In this document: in pieces, positions 1 to 10,046 of the stretch | How the letters are laid out: every line of letters begins with the position of its first letter | Position numbering within the stretch: position 1 is the stretch's first letter | Source: Dehalococcoidia bacterium | Lineage (GTDB): Bacteria > Chloroflexota > Dehalococcoidia > UBA2979 | Assembly: GCA_020634075.1 (NCBI GenBank) | Contig: JACKCJ010000013.1 | Span: 3,298 to 67,297, forward strand | DNA: 64,000 bases | Direction of reading: 5' to 3' | The notes under the pieces: generated by a model | Databases searched by the model: none | Seen by the model: only the letters and a program-made list of their open reading frames with translations | Told to the model about the DNA's origin: nothing | Translations under genes and position numbers: made by a program

Positions 1-621
1 CATGAACCCGGCGGTCGCCGGGGCAAGCAGACGCATGGTGTTCATGCCCGAGGCATTCAGCCCGATCGCGTTCGTCAGGCGCTCCTCGCCGACGATCTCG
101 GGGATCATCGCCTGGCGCGCCGGCATCGAGAACGACATCGCGATGCCCTGGAGGACGGCCGCCGCGTAGAGGTGCTCCACGCGGAGACGGTCGGTGAAGA
201 TCAGCACGGCGATCGCGGCCGTGATGATCGCACTCGCGCACTGACCCACCTGCAGCACGCGTCGACGACTCGCGCGGTCGGCGAGGACGCCGCCGACGAG
301 GGCAAGGAAGAGCCGCGGGACGGCGTTCGCGAGGGCGACGCCGCCGAGGGCGGCGAACGAGTCCGTGAGCTGGTACGCCAGCAGCCCTCGCACGACGTTC
401 TGCATCTGCTGCGCAGACCAGTTGCCCATCATCGAGAGCAGATACCAGCGGAACGCGGGGACCTCGATGAGCGAGTCGAAGGTACGGAACCGGCGGCCCG
501 TCGTGTATTCGGCGCTGACGGAGCGATCGAGCGTCGCCGCCGCGGTCGCGGCTCCCTCCAGGCCTTCCGCCGCGACGGCGGACGTGCTCGAGGAGGCGAT
601 GGGACGCTCGGCTGCGGACAC
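1..621 (-). CDS. MFS transporter, N-terminal part (gene continues beyond window start)
   Basis: Absent from the ORF track because it runs off the edge. Translating the reverse strand from GTG at 621 (SD-like GAGGGA about 10 nt upstream) gives VSAAERP...FRWYLLSMMGNWSAQQMQNVVRGLLAYQLT...MPARQAMIPEIVGEERL. This is clearly paralogous by eye to the MFS at 8494-9891 (shared blocks RGLLAY, MPARQAMIP, MNxMRLxAP). The 172-765 plus-strand ORF is its antisense shadow. Confidence 0.8.
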   Translation of the reverse strand, partial: MSAAERPIASSSTSAVAAEGLEGAATAAATLDRSVSAEYTTGRRFRTFDSLIEVPAFRWYLLSMMGNWSAQQMQNVVRGLLAYQLTDSFAALGGVALANAVPRLFLALVGGVLADRASRRRVLQVGQCASAIITAAIAVLIFTDRLRVEHLYAAAVLQGIAMSFSMPARQAMIPEIVGEERLTNAIGLNASGMNTMRLLAPATAGFM

Positions 622-772
622 GGGCAGGGGGCTCCCTCGATGTCTGACCTTTACGGTCACGGAAGAGTAAGCGATTTCATAACGGATCGCGACTCGGCCG
701 AGGCAGGCCATCCGGCCCGCGACGGCACCCGCGTCTGTTGCCGCCCGGGGGGCCGGGCCGCATAGTGCCGCT

Positions 773-2224
773 GTGGCTCCCACCGCGCTGACCCGGCTCC
801 CTCGGAAGTGGCGGACCCTGATCGCCGTGGGGTTCGGCACGTTCATGGCGACGATGGACTTCTCCATCGTCAACGTCGCGCTGCCCAGCTTCTCGGACGA
901 GTTCGACCGCTCGCCGGACACGGTGGTGTGGGCCACGCTTGGGTCGAGCCTCGTGGTCACCGGGCTCACCCTCACGGCGGGACGGGCGGGCGACCTCTAC
1001 GGCCGCAAGCGCGTCTACCTCGCCGGGTGGGCGATCCTCACGCTGGCGCTGACGGCGGCCTCGTTCGCGCAGTCACTCGAGCAGGTCATCGCGCTGAGGC
1101 TCGTGCAGGCCGTCGGCGTATCACTGGCGATCGCGAACGCGAACGCCATCGTCACGGACGCGTTCCCCGACTCCGAACGGGGGAGGGCACTCGGCACGAT
1201 CACCTCGATCGTGGGGGCGGGACTCATGTCGGGCCCGATCCTCGGGGGCTTCATCCTCGAGATCGCGGACTGGCGCGCCATCTTCTACGCCCGCATCCCC
1301 GTCGGCATCCTCGCGATCGTCATGGGCATCCTCGAGATCCACGAAGAACCGCGGGAGCGCGAGGCGAGCCGCAAGCTCGACCTGCCGGGCGCGGTGCTGC
1401 TGTTCACCGCGCTCACGAGCATGCTCGTGTCGGTGAACCGGGGTCAGAGCTGGGGCTGGACGTCCCCGGTGATCATCGGACTCGCCGTGGGCGGCGTCGC
1501 GCTGCTCGTCGTGTTCCTGCGGGTCGAGGCGCGCGTCGCCAGCCCGATCCTGTCGCTGACGCTGTTCCGCATGCGGACGTTCGCCTCATCGATCGCGAGC
1601 CTGATGCTGAACTTCGTCGGGCAATCGTCCGTGATCTTCCTGATGCCCTTCTATCTCATCGAGGTTCGGGAGTTCTCGACCGCTCAGACCGGCCTGATGA
1701 TCGCGATGGTGCCGGTGATGATGCTGGTCTTCGCGCCGCTGTCTGGCTGGGTGGCGGACCGGACGGGCTGGCCGTACCAGGCCACGCTCGGGATCGGCCT
1801 GGTGAGCGCGGGGCTACTCACGCTCGCCACGCTCGGCGCCGACACGTCGGTCCCGCTCGTCCTCGCGCGCCTGGCGCTCGTCGGCCTCGGCGCCGTGATC
1901 TTCGGCCCGCCCAACACGAGCACGATCATGGGCAGCGTGCCGAGGAACATGCTCGGCACCGCCTCCGCGAGTGTCGCAACCTCGAGGAACGTCGGGAACG
2001 CGGTCGGCCTGGCCGTGGGGAGCGCGGTCCTCGTGATCGTCGGTGGCGGCGCCAGCGCCGGGCTCTCCGCGAGCGATCTGCCGCCTGAGGATCTCCTCCG
2101 CGGCATCCGCGCTGCCTTCCTCGCGGCCGGACTGCTGTCGCTGCTCGCGATCGGCGCGTCCCTCACGCGCGGCTCGGATGAGACGCGCCCCCGGCCGGCT
2201 GCGGCCACGACGGCGTCCCGCTAG
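773..2224 (+). CDS. MFS transporter, DHA2 (EmrB/QacA-like) drug:H+ antiporter family
   Basis: 483 aa and polytopic. N-terminal FMATMDFSIVNVALP and GRAGDLYGRKRVY motifs are typical of 14-TMS MFS exporters. GTG start; strong GC3. Confidence 0.85.
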   Translation: MAPTALTRLPRKWRTLIAVGFGTFMATMDFSIVNVALPSFSDEFDRSPDTVVWATLGSSLVVTGLTLTAGRAGDLYGRKRVYLAGWAILTLALTAASFAQSLEQVIALRLVQAVGVSLAIANANAIVTDAFPDSERGRALGTITSIVGAGLMSGPILGGFILEIADWRAIFYARIPVGILAIVMGILEIHEEPREREASRKLDLPGAVLLFTALTSMLVSVNRGQSWGWTSPVIIGLAVGGVALLVVFLRVEARVASPILSLTLFRMRTFASSIASLMLNFVGQSSVIFLMPFYLIEVREFSTAQTGLMIAMVPVMMLVFAPLSGWVADRTGWPYQATLGIGLVSAGLLTLATLGADTSVPLVLARLALVGLGAVIFGPPNTSTIMGSVPRNMLGTASASVATSRNVGNAVGLAVGSAVLVIVGGGASAGLSASDLPPEDLLRGIRAAFLAAGLLSLLAIGASLTRGSDETRPRPAAATTASR

Positions 2225-2279
2225 CCCTCGGGCACGCTCGCCCCCGCGCGCCGCGGACGGACTCTCCGACGGCGAGCAG

Positions 2280-2804
2280 CTAGCTCGCCCGGCGCGCCCG
2301 GATCATCGCGAACTGCAGCGCGAGCACGGAGAGGAAGCCGCACCCGGCCATGAACGGGATCGAGATGAACCCGAACTCCTCGACGTAGCGCGTGGTGCAC
2401 GGCACGCCCGAGGAGCACGCTCCGCCCTGCTCGGGGAAGACCTGCAGCTGGTAGTGGTAGATCGAGAGCAGCAGGCCGATCGCAGCGATCGGGATCACGT
2501 ACTTCGCGACCCGGTCATCGCGTGTGATCGCGGCGACGAGCAGGATTACGGCCAGCGGGTACATCGCGATGCGCTGGAACCAGCAGAACTCGCAGGGGAT
2601 GAACCCGACGCCCTCCGAGTAGTAGAGGGACGCGCCCATCGCCGTGCCGGCGACGGCGAACGCGAGCCACCGTCCCTGTCCGAGGAGCAGCGCCCGCAGC
2701 GACGTAGCGCCGGGCGCCGATGCTCCGAGGGCCATCGCCACCGACAGCCCAACCACCAGCAGCGCGCCCATCGCGAGGATGGGCGAAACCGTTGCTTCGC
2801 TCAT
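2280..2804 (-). CDS. disulfide bond formation protein, DsbB/BdbC family
   Basis: 174 aa, 4 TM. Has CEFCWFQRIAMYP (CxxC in the first outer loop) and a second Cys pair, CSSGVPC. Confidence 0.8.
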   Translation of the reverse strand: MSEATVSPILAMGALLVVGLSVAMALGASAPGATSLRALLLGQGRWLAFAVAGTAMGASLYYSEGVGFIPCEFCWFQRIAMYPLAVILLVAAITRDDRVAKYVIPIAAIGLLLSIYHYQLQVFPEQGGACSSGVPCTTRYVEEFGFISIPFMAGCGFLSVLALQFAMIRARRAS

Positions 2805-2893
2805 GCCGCCTCTTCTGCCTCGTGGGGGCCTTCAGGATATCGGCCCGCGAATCGACCGGCGAATCGGTCGGCTGCGATCGCGATCGGGCTGCG

Positions 2894-3433
2894 CTAGGGG
2901 CGCAGTCGATCGAAGAACTTCTGGCGCGCCTTCGCCACCTTCGGCGCCACGACCACCTGGCAGTACGGCTGGTACGCGTTCCGGCGGTAGTACTGGTTGT
3001 GGTACTCCTCGGCCGGATAGAACGTGTCGAGCGGGGTGACCTCGGTGACGATCGGGTCGTCCCAGAGCCCCTGCTCGGTCAGCTCCGAGATCACCTCGCG
3101 CGCCGTCGTTTCCTGCAGCGGCGTGTGGAAGTAGATCGCCGAACGGTACTGCGTCCCGACGTCGTGGCCCTGCCGGTTCAGGGTGGTCGGGTCGTGGATG
3201 GTGAAGAACACCTCCAGCAGATCGCGGTAGGTCACCTCGTCCGGGTCGAACTCGATCTGCACCACCTCTGCGTGGCCGGTCGTGCCTGAGCACACCGCCT
3301 CGTACGAGGGGTTCGGGACGTGGCCGCCCGCGTAGCCGGACTGCACGGACTCGACGCCCCGGAGCAGCTCGTAGACCGCCTCCAGGCACCAGAAGCATCC
3401 GCCTGCCAGCGTCGCCTTCTCGGTCTCTGCCAT
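2894..3433 (-). CDS. msrA: peptide-methionine (S)-S-oxide reductase MsrA
   Basis: [11 protein letters not shown] active-site motif and full-length MsrA-like sequence. I chose internal ATG 3433 (SD AGGGGGA upstream); the extra 65 N-terminal codons of the track ORF are rejected. Confidence 0.95.
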   Translation of the reverse strand: MAETEKATLAGGCFWCLEAVYELLRGVESVQSGYAGGHVPNPSYEAVCSGTTGHAEVVQIEFDPDEVTYRDLLEVFFTIHDPTTLNRQGHDVGTQYRSAIYFHTPLQETTAREVISELTEQGLWDDPIVTEVTPLDTFYPAEEYHNQYYRRNAYQPYCQVVVAPKVAKARQKFFDRLRP

Positions 3434-3611
3434 CCGTTTCCCCCTGCCTGGCCGAGCCGCACGCGGCGGATCGGTCGAGTCGTCGTTGCCGCCCCGGAAA
3501 TCTCTCGTACTGATCGTAAGGGAACCACTCGGCACACAAGCGTTATCGCGGTAGTCTGCGCTTCCCGCTGCACCTCGGAGCGACCGAGGGTGGCAGGGCA
3601 GGAGGATCCAC

Positions 3612-4928
3612 GTGGTCGAAACGAGCACGGAGCCCGACAGCGAGCTGTCGGTCGAGGAGCCGCAGCGCGGCCTTCGAGGCGTCTACTACGGCTACTGGCT
3701 GGTCGGCGCGGCCTTCATCGCCCAGTTCGTCTCGGTCGGAGCGCAGAACTACGTCATCGGCTCCTTCCAGACGCCGATGACGGAGGAGCTGGACTGGTCA
3801 CGCGCGGAGTTCACCGCCGCCCGGACCATCGGCCAGTTCATCATGGCGTTCACCGGCGTGTTCATCGGCAGCATCGTGGACCGCCACGGCGCGAAGTGGC
3901 TCATGCGCATCGGGATCGTCGTGATGAGCTCCGCGCTCTTCATGCTGTCGCAGGTGCAGGAGCTGTGGCAGTGGTGGCTCCTGAACGGCCTCATCCTCAC
4001 CGCCGGCTCCGCGATGATCGGCAACCTCGTCGTCAACGTGACGATCTCGAAGTGGTTCGTCGAGCGCCGCGGCAACATGATCGGCTTCGCCTCGATGGGC
4101 GTGTCGTTCGCCGGCATCGCCATCACGCCGTTTGCCGCGTTCCTCGTGGAGACGGTCGGCTGGCGGGACGCCTGGAAGATCACCGCCATCTGCGCCGCCG
4201 TGATCATCGTGCCGCTGTCGTTCCTCATGCGCCGCGCGCCCGAGGACCACGGGTGGCACCCGGACGGCAAGACCGACGCCCAGGTGGCGGCCGGAGGCGG
4301 CCTCGCCGCCGCCCGCGACTTCGCGAGCTCGATCACGCGCTCCGAGGCTGTCCGGCTCCGCGCCTTCTACGTGATCGCGATCTCGTTCGGCCTCGGCGTC
4401 ATCTCCATCGGCACGATGCTCATCAACGGCCAGCCGTTCCTCGAGGACGCGGGCTACAGCAAGGGGTTCGCGGCCGCGATGATCACCGCGGCATCCGTCC
4501 CCGCGCTGCTGCTGAAGCCGGTGTGGGGCATCTTCCTGGACCGCGCCAACGTCCAGCGGATCTCGCTCGTCGGGTTCCTCGTGAACGCCGCCGGCCTGCT
4601 CGCGATCGTGCTCACGGTGCCCACCGGCGCGAAGGTGCTGGTCACGCTGAGCTTCGCGTTGCTCGGGGCGGGGTGGAGCGGCTTCATCCCGCTCCAGGAG
4701 GTTGTCTGGGCGACCTACTTCGGCCGGAGGTACCTCGGCGCTGTGCGCAGTGCCGGCCTCCCGATCGCGCTGGGCATCAGCGCCAGCGCGCCGCTCGGGA
4801 CGGCGTTCTACTTCGACCACATCGGCAACTACAACGGCGCGTTTCTGACCATCGCCGCCCTGAACCTCATCGGCGGGGCGCTGCTCATGACGGCGCGGCC
4901 CCCGACGCGCGTCGAACGCGCCGACTAG
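3612..4928 (+). CDS. MFS transporter (oxalate/formate antiporter-like or monocarboxylate-type)
   Basis: 438 aa, about 12 TM. GTG start preceded by GGCAGGAGGA. Typical MFS loop motif [11 protein letters not shown]. Confidence 0.85.
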   Translation: MVETSTEPDSELSVEEPQRGLRGVYYGYWLVGAAFIAQFVSVGAQNYVIGSFQTPMTEELDWSRAEFTAARTIGQFIMAFTGVFIGSIVDRHGAKWLMRIGIVVMSSALFMLSQVQELWQWWLLNGLILTAGSAMIGNLVVNVTISKWFVERRGNMIGFASMGVSFAGIAITPFAAFLVETVGWRDAWKITAICAAVIIVPLSFLMRRAPEDHGWHPDGKTDAQVAAGGGLAAARDFASSITRSEAVRLRAFYVIAISFGLGVISIGTMLINGQPFLEDAGYSKGFAAAMITAASVPALLLKPVWGIFLDRANVQRISLVGFLVNAAGLLAIVLTVPTGAKVLVTLSFALLGAGWSGFIPLQEVVWATYFGRRYLGAVRSAGLPIALGISASAPLGTAFYFDHIGNYNGAFLTIAALNLIGGALLMTARPPTRVERAD

Positions 4929-4959
4929 CGGGGCACCTCCGAGGACGACCGGAACGCGA

Positions 4960-4984
4960 GAGGGGCGGCCACTGGCCGCCCCTC
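4960..4984. terminator. GC-rich hairpin between convergent genes (possible bidirectional terminator)
   Basis: GAGGGGCGGCC-ACT-GGCCGCCCCTC, a perfect 11-bp stem between the MFS stop (4928) and the YHS gene stop (5008). No clear U-tract. Confidence 0.5.
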
Positions 4985-5007
4985 GATCGTGTGTGCCGCG
5001 GCGCGTC

Positions 5008-5166
5008 CTAGGCGGACGCCGCCTCGAGGTACTTCGCGGGGTTCGCGATGAAGCGGTTGCGGCAGCCCAGGTCGTCGAAGACGTACCACTTGCCGTCGTG
5101 CATCCACTTCATACCGTTCTCAGGCTGGAAGCCCTTGTTGCACACCATGCACGTCTGATCAGCCAT
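5008..5166 (-). CDS. YHS/TRASH-type small metal-binding domain protein (52 aa)
   Basis: MADQTCMVCNKGF...DGKWYVFDDLGCRNRFIANPAKYL matches the YHS pattern (CxxC ... YxF ... C ... F..nPxkY). ATG 5166 has a GAGGAG SD. Confidence 0.7.
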   Translation of the reverse strand: MADQTCMVCNKGFQPENGMKWMHDGKWYVFDDLGCRNRFIANPAKYLEAASA

Positions 5167-5277
5167 CGTGTTCGCTCCTCGGGATGGGGCCCGGACCCGC
5201 ACCGGTGCCCTGCGAGCACGCATGTTATCCCTCGGCGCAAGCCTCGTGGGCGATGTGATGGGGATCGAAACGAAGCG

Positions 5278-6615
5278 CTACGGCTGGTTTCCGAGCGCAC
5301 GGAGTGCCAGCGCCTCGCCGAGGATCGACCGCTGCAGCTCGCCGAGGTCCTGGCTCTCACCGGGGCCGTGGATGTGCGAGGTGGGCTCCCCGACGCCGGT
5401 GATGAGGATCGCCGCGTCCGGGAACCGTTCCGCGAGCATCGCGACGAGCGGGATCGAGCCGCCGACGCCGATCTCCGCCGGAGCGACGCCCCACGCCTCG
5501 GCCATGCCGTCGGCGAACGCCTGGTACGCGGCTCCGCGCTGCGTCAGTGCGAAGGGCGGCGCGCTCGAGCCCGGCGTGACGGTGACGCGCGCGCCCCACG
5601 GGACGTGTGTCTCGAGGTGCCGGACGAGCGCATCCATCGCGCTCCGGGGGTCCTCGCCCGGGGCGAGGCGGAGGCTCACCTTCGCGCGGGCGACCGGCAC
5701 GATCTGGTTGATCGCCTCGGACAGCCTCGGCGCTTCGAACGCGAGGACGGAGACGGCGGGGCGCGACCACATGCGCGCCGCCAGCGATCCGTCACCGACC
5801 AGCTCGACGCCGTCCAGCAGCCCCGAGCTCTTCCGCAGCTCGGACTCATCGACGTCGACCTCGGGAGTCGGCGCCGACACCAATCCCTCGATCGCGCAGT
5901 TGCCGTGCTCATCGTGCAGGGTGGCGATCAGGCGGCTGAGGCAGGTCACGGCATCCGGGATCGCGCCGCCAAACTGGCCGCTGTGTACGCCCGCCTCGAG
6001 CGTCCGTACTTCGACCACCGCGTCGACGAGTCCGCGCAGGGACGTCGTCATCGCCGGGTGGCCGACGGCCCAGTGCTCAGAGTCCGCGATGACGATGGCG
6101 TCCGCGGCGAGGCGATCCCCGTAGCGATCGAGGAGTCCCTCCGCGTGCGGCGAACCGAGCTCCTCCTCGCCCTCGACGATCACCGTCACGCCGACCGCGA
6201 GCGCATCGCCGAGGGCCCGCAGCGCGCCGAGGTGGATCGCGATGCCGGACTTGTCGTCGGAGGCGCCGCGTCCGTGCAGGCGGCCGTCGCGTTCGACGGG
6301 CTCAAACGGGTTCGCCTCCCAGCCTCCGAGGTCGCCCGCCGGCTGCACGTCGTAGTGGGCGTAGAGGAGCACCGTCGGCGCTCCGTCGGGGGCAGGCCTC
6401 GTGCCGAGCACGACTGGCGGTGCGTCGGGCACCTCGAGGACCTCGACATCGAGACCGACGCCGGTGAGGAGGTCGCGGACGCGCTCGGCACAGGCTCGCA
6501 GGTCAGCGGCGTGGCCGGGATCGGCGCTCACGGATGGGATGCGGACCAGCGCTTCGAGGTCGGCGCGCACGCCGGGGAAGACCTGTTCGACGGCCTGGCG
6601 TAGTTCCTCGGTCAT
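5278..6615 (-). CDS. M20 family metallopeptidase (dipeptidase/ArgE-DapE-like)
   Basis: LLYAHYDVQP, GRGASDDKSG and VIVEGEEELGS metal-ligand blocks. Start at ATG 6615 (MTEELRQ, SD GAGGAGGA); the track ORF N-terminal 122 aa are rejected. Confidence 0.85.
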   Translation of the reverse strand: MTEELRQAVEQVFPGVRADLEALVRIPSVSADPGHAADLRACAERVRDLLTGVGLDVEVLEVPDAPPVVLGTRPAPDGAPTVLLYAHYDVQPAGDLGGWEANPFEPVERDGRLHGRGASDDKSGIAIHLGALRALGDALAVGVTVIVEGEEELGSPHAEGLLDRYGDRLAADAIVIADSEHWAVGHPAMTTSLRGLVDAVVEVRTLEAGVHSGQFGGAIPDAVTCLSRLIATLHDEHGNCAIEGLVSAPTPEVDVDESELRKSSGLLDGVELVGDGSLAARMWSRPAVSVLAFEAPRLSEAINQIVPVARAKVSLRLAPGEDPRSAMDALVRHLETHVPWGARVTVTPGSSAPPFALTQRGAAYQAFADGMAEAWGVAPAEIGVGGSIPLVAMLAERFPDAAILITGVGEPTSHIHGPGESQDLGELQRSILGEALALRALGNQP

Positions 6616-6708
6616 GGCGTGATCCTCCTCGGCTCGTCCGCCTTCGCGCGGTCGGCGCGCCGATCGTAGTAGCGTCACGCCGCACCGACGTTTGCGGAGG
6701 AGATCGCG

Positions 6709-7479
6709 ATGGCCGACGAACCCGAGCTGCTGGTCGAGGACGCCGAGGGCGTACGGACGCTGACGCTGAACCGCCCGGACCGCCTCAACGCGCTCACGAT
6801 CCCGCTCCGGCTCGCGATCCAGCGGGCCGTCGAGGAGTTCGATGCGATCGATGACCTCCGTGTGCTGGTCATCACCGGCGCCGGTCGCGGCTTCTGCGCG
6901 GGGAGCGACCTCACCGGCGGGCAGGAGCCCGCCGAGCCCGAGCGCCTCCGCGATCACGCCCGCCTGCGCTTCGGCTGGCACCTGCCCCTCGACCGCACGG
7001 ACAAGCCGACGATCGCCGCGGTCAACGGCGTTGCGGCCGGTGGCGGCATCGGGCTCGCCGCGTCGTGCGACATGATCGTCGCGTCCTCCGAGGCGTCCTT
7101 CGCGCCGGCGTTCATCAAGATCGCGCTGACCGCCGACAACGGCCTCGGCCAGACCCTCGTCCGGCGCGTCGGTTACTCGCGCGCCCTGAAGTTCTTACTC
7201 GAGGGCAAGCGACTCTCCGTGGAGGACGCCCTGCGCATCGGCCTCGTGGACGAGGTGTACGACGCCGAGACGTTCCGGGAGCAGGCTCTCGGGTTCGCGC
7301 GCGAACTGGCCTCGCAGCCTCCGCTCACCTCGCAGCTCACGAAGCGCCTCCTGAAGGACGCGCCGACGCTCCCGCGCCACGTCGAGCTGGCGTACGAGGA
7401 GCTGATGTACCGCTTCTCGAGCGTGAGCCCGGAGGCCGAGGCGGTGCGCGCCGAGCGAGAAGCACGGGCGAAGGACTGA
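6709..7479 (+). CDS. enoyl-CoA hydratase/isomerase (crotonase) family protein
   Basis: 256 aa. LTLNRPDRLNAL and ITGAGRGFCAGSDL oxyanion-hole motifs. Confidence 0.9.
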   Translation: MADEPELLVEDAEGVRTLTLNRPDRLNALTIPLRLAIQRAVEEFDAIDDLRVLVITGAGRGFCAGSDLTGGQEPAEPERLRDHARLRFGWHLPLDRTDKPTIAAVNGVAAGGGIGLAASCDMIVASSEASFAPAFIKIALTADNGLGQTLVRRVGYSRALKFLLEGKRLSVEDALRIGLVDEVYDAETFREQALGFARELASQPPLTSQLTKRLLKDAPTLPRHVELAYEELMYRFSSVSPEAEAVRAEREARAKD

Positions 7480-7528
7480 AGTCCGAGGAACGACCCAAGA
7501 CACGGTTCGAGGACGAGGGGAGAGCGGC

Positions 7529-8404
7529 ATGGCCGTCGAACGGTTGGGCTACATCGGGCTCGGGGTGATGGGCAGCCGCATGGCGCGGAACCTCGCGCGG
7601 AAGTCCGGGCTGCCGGTCGTCGGCTACGACGTCGACCCGGCGAAGGTCGCCGCCCTGGCGGCGGACGGCATCGAGCCGGCGTCCTCGATCCGAGAGGTCG
7701 TCGAACGCACGGACGTGGTGTTCCTCTGTGTGCCCGGCGAGCCGCAGGTCCGCGAGGCGTGTCTCGGGGAGGGCGGCGTCGCCGAGTACGTGCGTCCGGG
7801 GCAGGTCGTCGTCGACATGACCACCGCCGGCCCCGGCATCGACCGCGAGGTCGCCGAGGCGCTGAGTGCGAAGGGCGTCGAGTTCGCTGACGCGCCGGTA
7901 GCGAAGGGCGTCCCCAACGCTGAAGCGGGCACGCTCGCGATCACCGTCGGCGGGTCCGAGGAGCTGTTCGAGCGGCTCCAGCCCTACCTGGGCTGCATGG
8001 GGACGGAGATCTCCCACTGCGGCCCGGTCGGCACCGGCCAGGTGATGAAGCTGATGAACAACATGCTCGTCCTGCAGAACGTCTCCGCGCTCGCAGAGGC
8101 GATGGCGATCGCGACGAGGGCGGGCGTCGCCCGCGAGCGGGTGTTCGACATCCTCCAGCACGGCTCGGGCGCTTCGTTCGCGATGACGCGCCACGGGACG
8201 TACATGACGAGCGGCGACTACCCCGACGACATGTTCCCCTCGCGCTACTCGCTGAAGGACATCACCTATGCGCTCGACCTCGCGTCCGAGGTAGGCGTCG
8301 ACGCACAGGGGGCCGAGCTGGCGAAGGCGCGCCTCGACGAGGTGATGGCACGCGGGCTGGGCGAGTACTACTGCCCGGTGATGTACCGGCTGTTCGAGGA
8401 CTAG
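7529..8404 (+). CDS. NAD(P)-dependent oxidoreductase, 3-hydroxyisobutyrate dehydrogenase family
   Basis: 291 aa. Has the N-terminal Rossmann motif GYIGLGVMGSRMARNL and the HIBADH-like central block GPVGTGQVMKLMNN. Confidence 0.9.
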   Translation: MAVERLGYIGLGVMGSRMARNLARKSGLPVVGYDVDPAKVAALAADGIEPASSIREVVERTDVVFLCVPGEPQVREACLGEGGVAEYVRPGQVVVDMTTAGPGIDREVAEALSAKGVEFADAPVAKGVPNAEAGTLAITVGGSEELFERLQPYLGCMGTEISHCGPVGTGQVMKLMNNMLVLQNVSALAEAMAIATRAGVARERVFDILQHGSGASFAMTRHGTYMTSGDYPDDMFPSRYSLKDITYALDLASEVGVDAQGAELAKARLDEVMARGLGEYYCPVMYRLFED

Positions 8405-8440
8405 CGCCCGGCGCTCCATCGCGGACGGCAAGGACCACGA

Positions 8441-8471
8441 ACAACGGCCGGGGCATTGCCCCGGCCGTTGT
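8441..8471. terminator. hairpin between convergent genes (possible bidirectional terminator)
   Basis: ACAACGGCCGGGG-CATTG-CCCCGGCCGTTGT, a perfect 13-bp stem between the stops at 8404 (+) and 8494 (-). Confidence 0.5.
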
Positions 8472-8493
8472 CGTGAGTGCGTGTCGTCGCGCG

Positions 8494-9891
8494 CTACTGG
8501 AGGCGGCGGACCGTCGGGACGAGGGCGCCGGCGAGTCCCATCGTGGCGATGAGGATCAGGCCGAGGCAGGCCACGACGACGCGGATTCCGAACGCCTCGG
8601 CGGCGATGCCGACGAAGAACGTGGCGAACTGCATCATGCTCATCTGCAGCATGAAGACGGCCATCACGCGGCCGCGGTACTCGCCCTCCACGTAGGAGTG
8701 GAGGAGGCCCTGCGAGAGGCCCATGCGGAAGGAGGAACCGAGGCCGAAGATGACCATCGTCACCAGGGCGAGTTCCTTCGTGTCCGCCTGCGCGAACAGG
8801 AAGATGCCGAGGCCGAGGATCGCGCCGCCGACGAGGAACAGCCAGCCGCGGTTTCGCTCCGGGATGGATGCGAGTGCGAACGCCCCCACGAGCGCGCCGA
8901 TGGCGCTGACGCTGAGCAGCGTGCCGGCGATGGCGCCGCCCTGCTCGGCGTTCTCCGCGAAGATGTCCGCGGCGTAGCCCGGCAGCAGGAACTGCAGCGG
9001 CATGCCGAACGCCGAGGTCGCGAAGGCGAGCGACAGGATGACGAACATCTTGTGGTCGCGCCAGATGTACCTGAAGCCACCACCGATGTCGGCGAAGGAG
9101 CTCGCGGCGACCTGCCGGAAGGTCTGGTCGGCCGCGCCGGGAGCGCTTGCCGGGCGCCAGGTCAGCTGCGACATGCAGATGATGGCGACGACGTAGAGCA
9201 GCGACATCGCGGTGAAGCCCCAGCCGAAGCCAAACGCGGCGACGATGAAGCCGCCGAGGGCAGGGGCGAAGAGCCGCATGGAGTTCATGCCGGCCATGTT
9301 GAGCGCCACGGCGTTCATCAGGCGGTCCGGCGCGACGACGTCCGGGATCATCGCCTGGCGGGCGGGCATCATCAGCGCCATCGTCGCGCCCTGGAGCGCC
9401 GCGCTGATCAGCAGCAGCTCGATGCTCATCATGCCCATGAACTCCGCCGCGGCGAGGGCCGCCGCGTTGAGGAGGCTCGCGAGCTGGCCGAGCTGCATCA
9501 CCGTCTTCTTCGGCTTCCGGTCGGCGATCACGCCGCCGAACATCGAAAGGAACAGCTGCGGCACCGCGCCGGCGAGGCCGACGAGGCCCAGGGTCGCGTA
9601 GGACTCGGTGAGCGCGTACGCCAGCAGACCGCGGATCACGAGCTGCATGTTCATGGAGCCCATGTGGCCCAGCATGGAGATGTAGAACCAGCGGAACTCG
9701 CGGTCGTAGAACGAGTCGAGCGTGCGTGGGAGGCGGCGCTTGCGGACGGCCTCAGTCTCGACGGTCGCGGCGGGCGCACTCGGGGCAACCGCGCTCGCGG
9801 GCGCCTCGGCCGGCATCGTGGCAGCGGCGGTGCGCTCCTGGACGGCGGACGCAGAGGCCGACTGGCCCCGGCGGATATTCAGACGTGCCAA
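8494..9891 (-). CDS. MFS transporter (paralog of the partial gene at 1-621)
   Basis: 465 aa and polytopic. The start codon at 9891 is TTG, so the exact start is uncertain. It shares blocks with the gene at 1-621. Confidence 0.85.
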   Translation of the reverse strand: MARLNIRRGQSASASAVQERTAAATMPAEAPASAVAPSAPAATVETEAVRKRRLPRTLDSFYDREFRWFYISMLGHMGSMNMQLVIRGLLAYALTESYATLGLVGLAGAVPQLFLSMFGGVIADRKPKKTVMQLGQLASLLNAAALAAAEFMGMMSIELLLISAALQGATMALMMPARQAMIPDVVAPDRLMNAVALNMAGMNSMRLFAPALGGFIVAAFGFGWGFTAMSLLYVVAIICMSQLTWRPASAPGAADQTFRQVAASSFADIGGGFRYIWRDHKMFVILSLAFATSAFGMPLQFLLPGYAADIFAENAEQGGAIAGTLLSVSAIGALVGAFALASIPERNRGWLFLVGGAILGLGIFLFAQADTKELALVTMVIFGLGSSFRMGLSQGLLHSYVEGEYRGRVMAVFMLQMSMMQFATFFVGIAAEAFGIRVVVACLGLILIATMGLAGALVPTVRRLQ

Positions 9892-10046
9892 ACGGCGGAC
9901 CTTCCCGCGGGGCTCTTCACCTTACGTGCAGGGCAGGGTTCAACCTTACCAATAGGAAGCAACCTGAGCCCGCCCCAACGAGGAAGGTCGCTCCGGTCTC
10001 CGGCGTCCTCGTGGCGAGGGACGTCGAGGTATGCGCAGACTCGCCG

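Noticed and set aside
645-659. TGACC-N5-GGTCA inverted repeat in the divergent MFS promoter region.
   Set aside because: A 5+5 inverted repeat is expected by chance many times in 64 kb. No adjacent regulator gene gives it context.
2894-3628. N-terminally extended ORF-track models. Affected genes: msrA, M20 peptidase, sortase, Usp, iron-permease-like gene, MFS 25905, UvrA paralog, PHP, recA, proC, nrdR, ftsA. Merged frames affect ctaE, murG, ftsW and mraY.
   Set aside because: The extensions are Arg/Pro-rich, overlap neighbouring genes or promoters, and precede internal ATG/GTG codons. Those internal codons have SD-like sequences and give canonical family N-termini.
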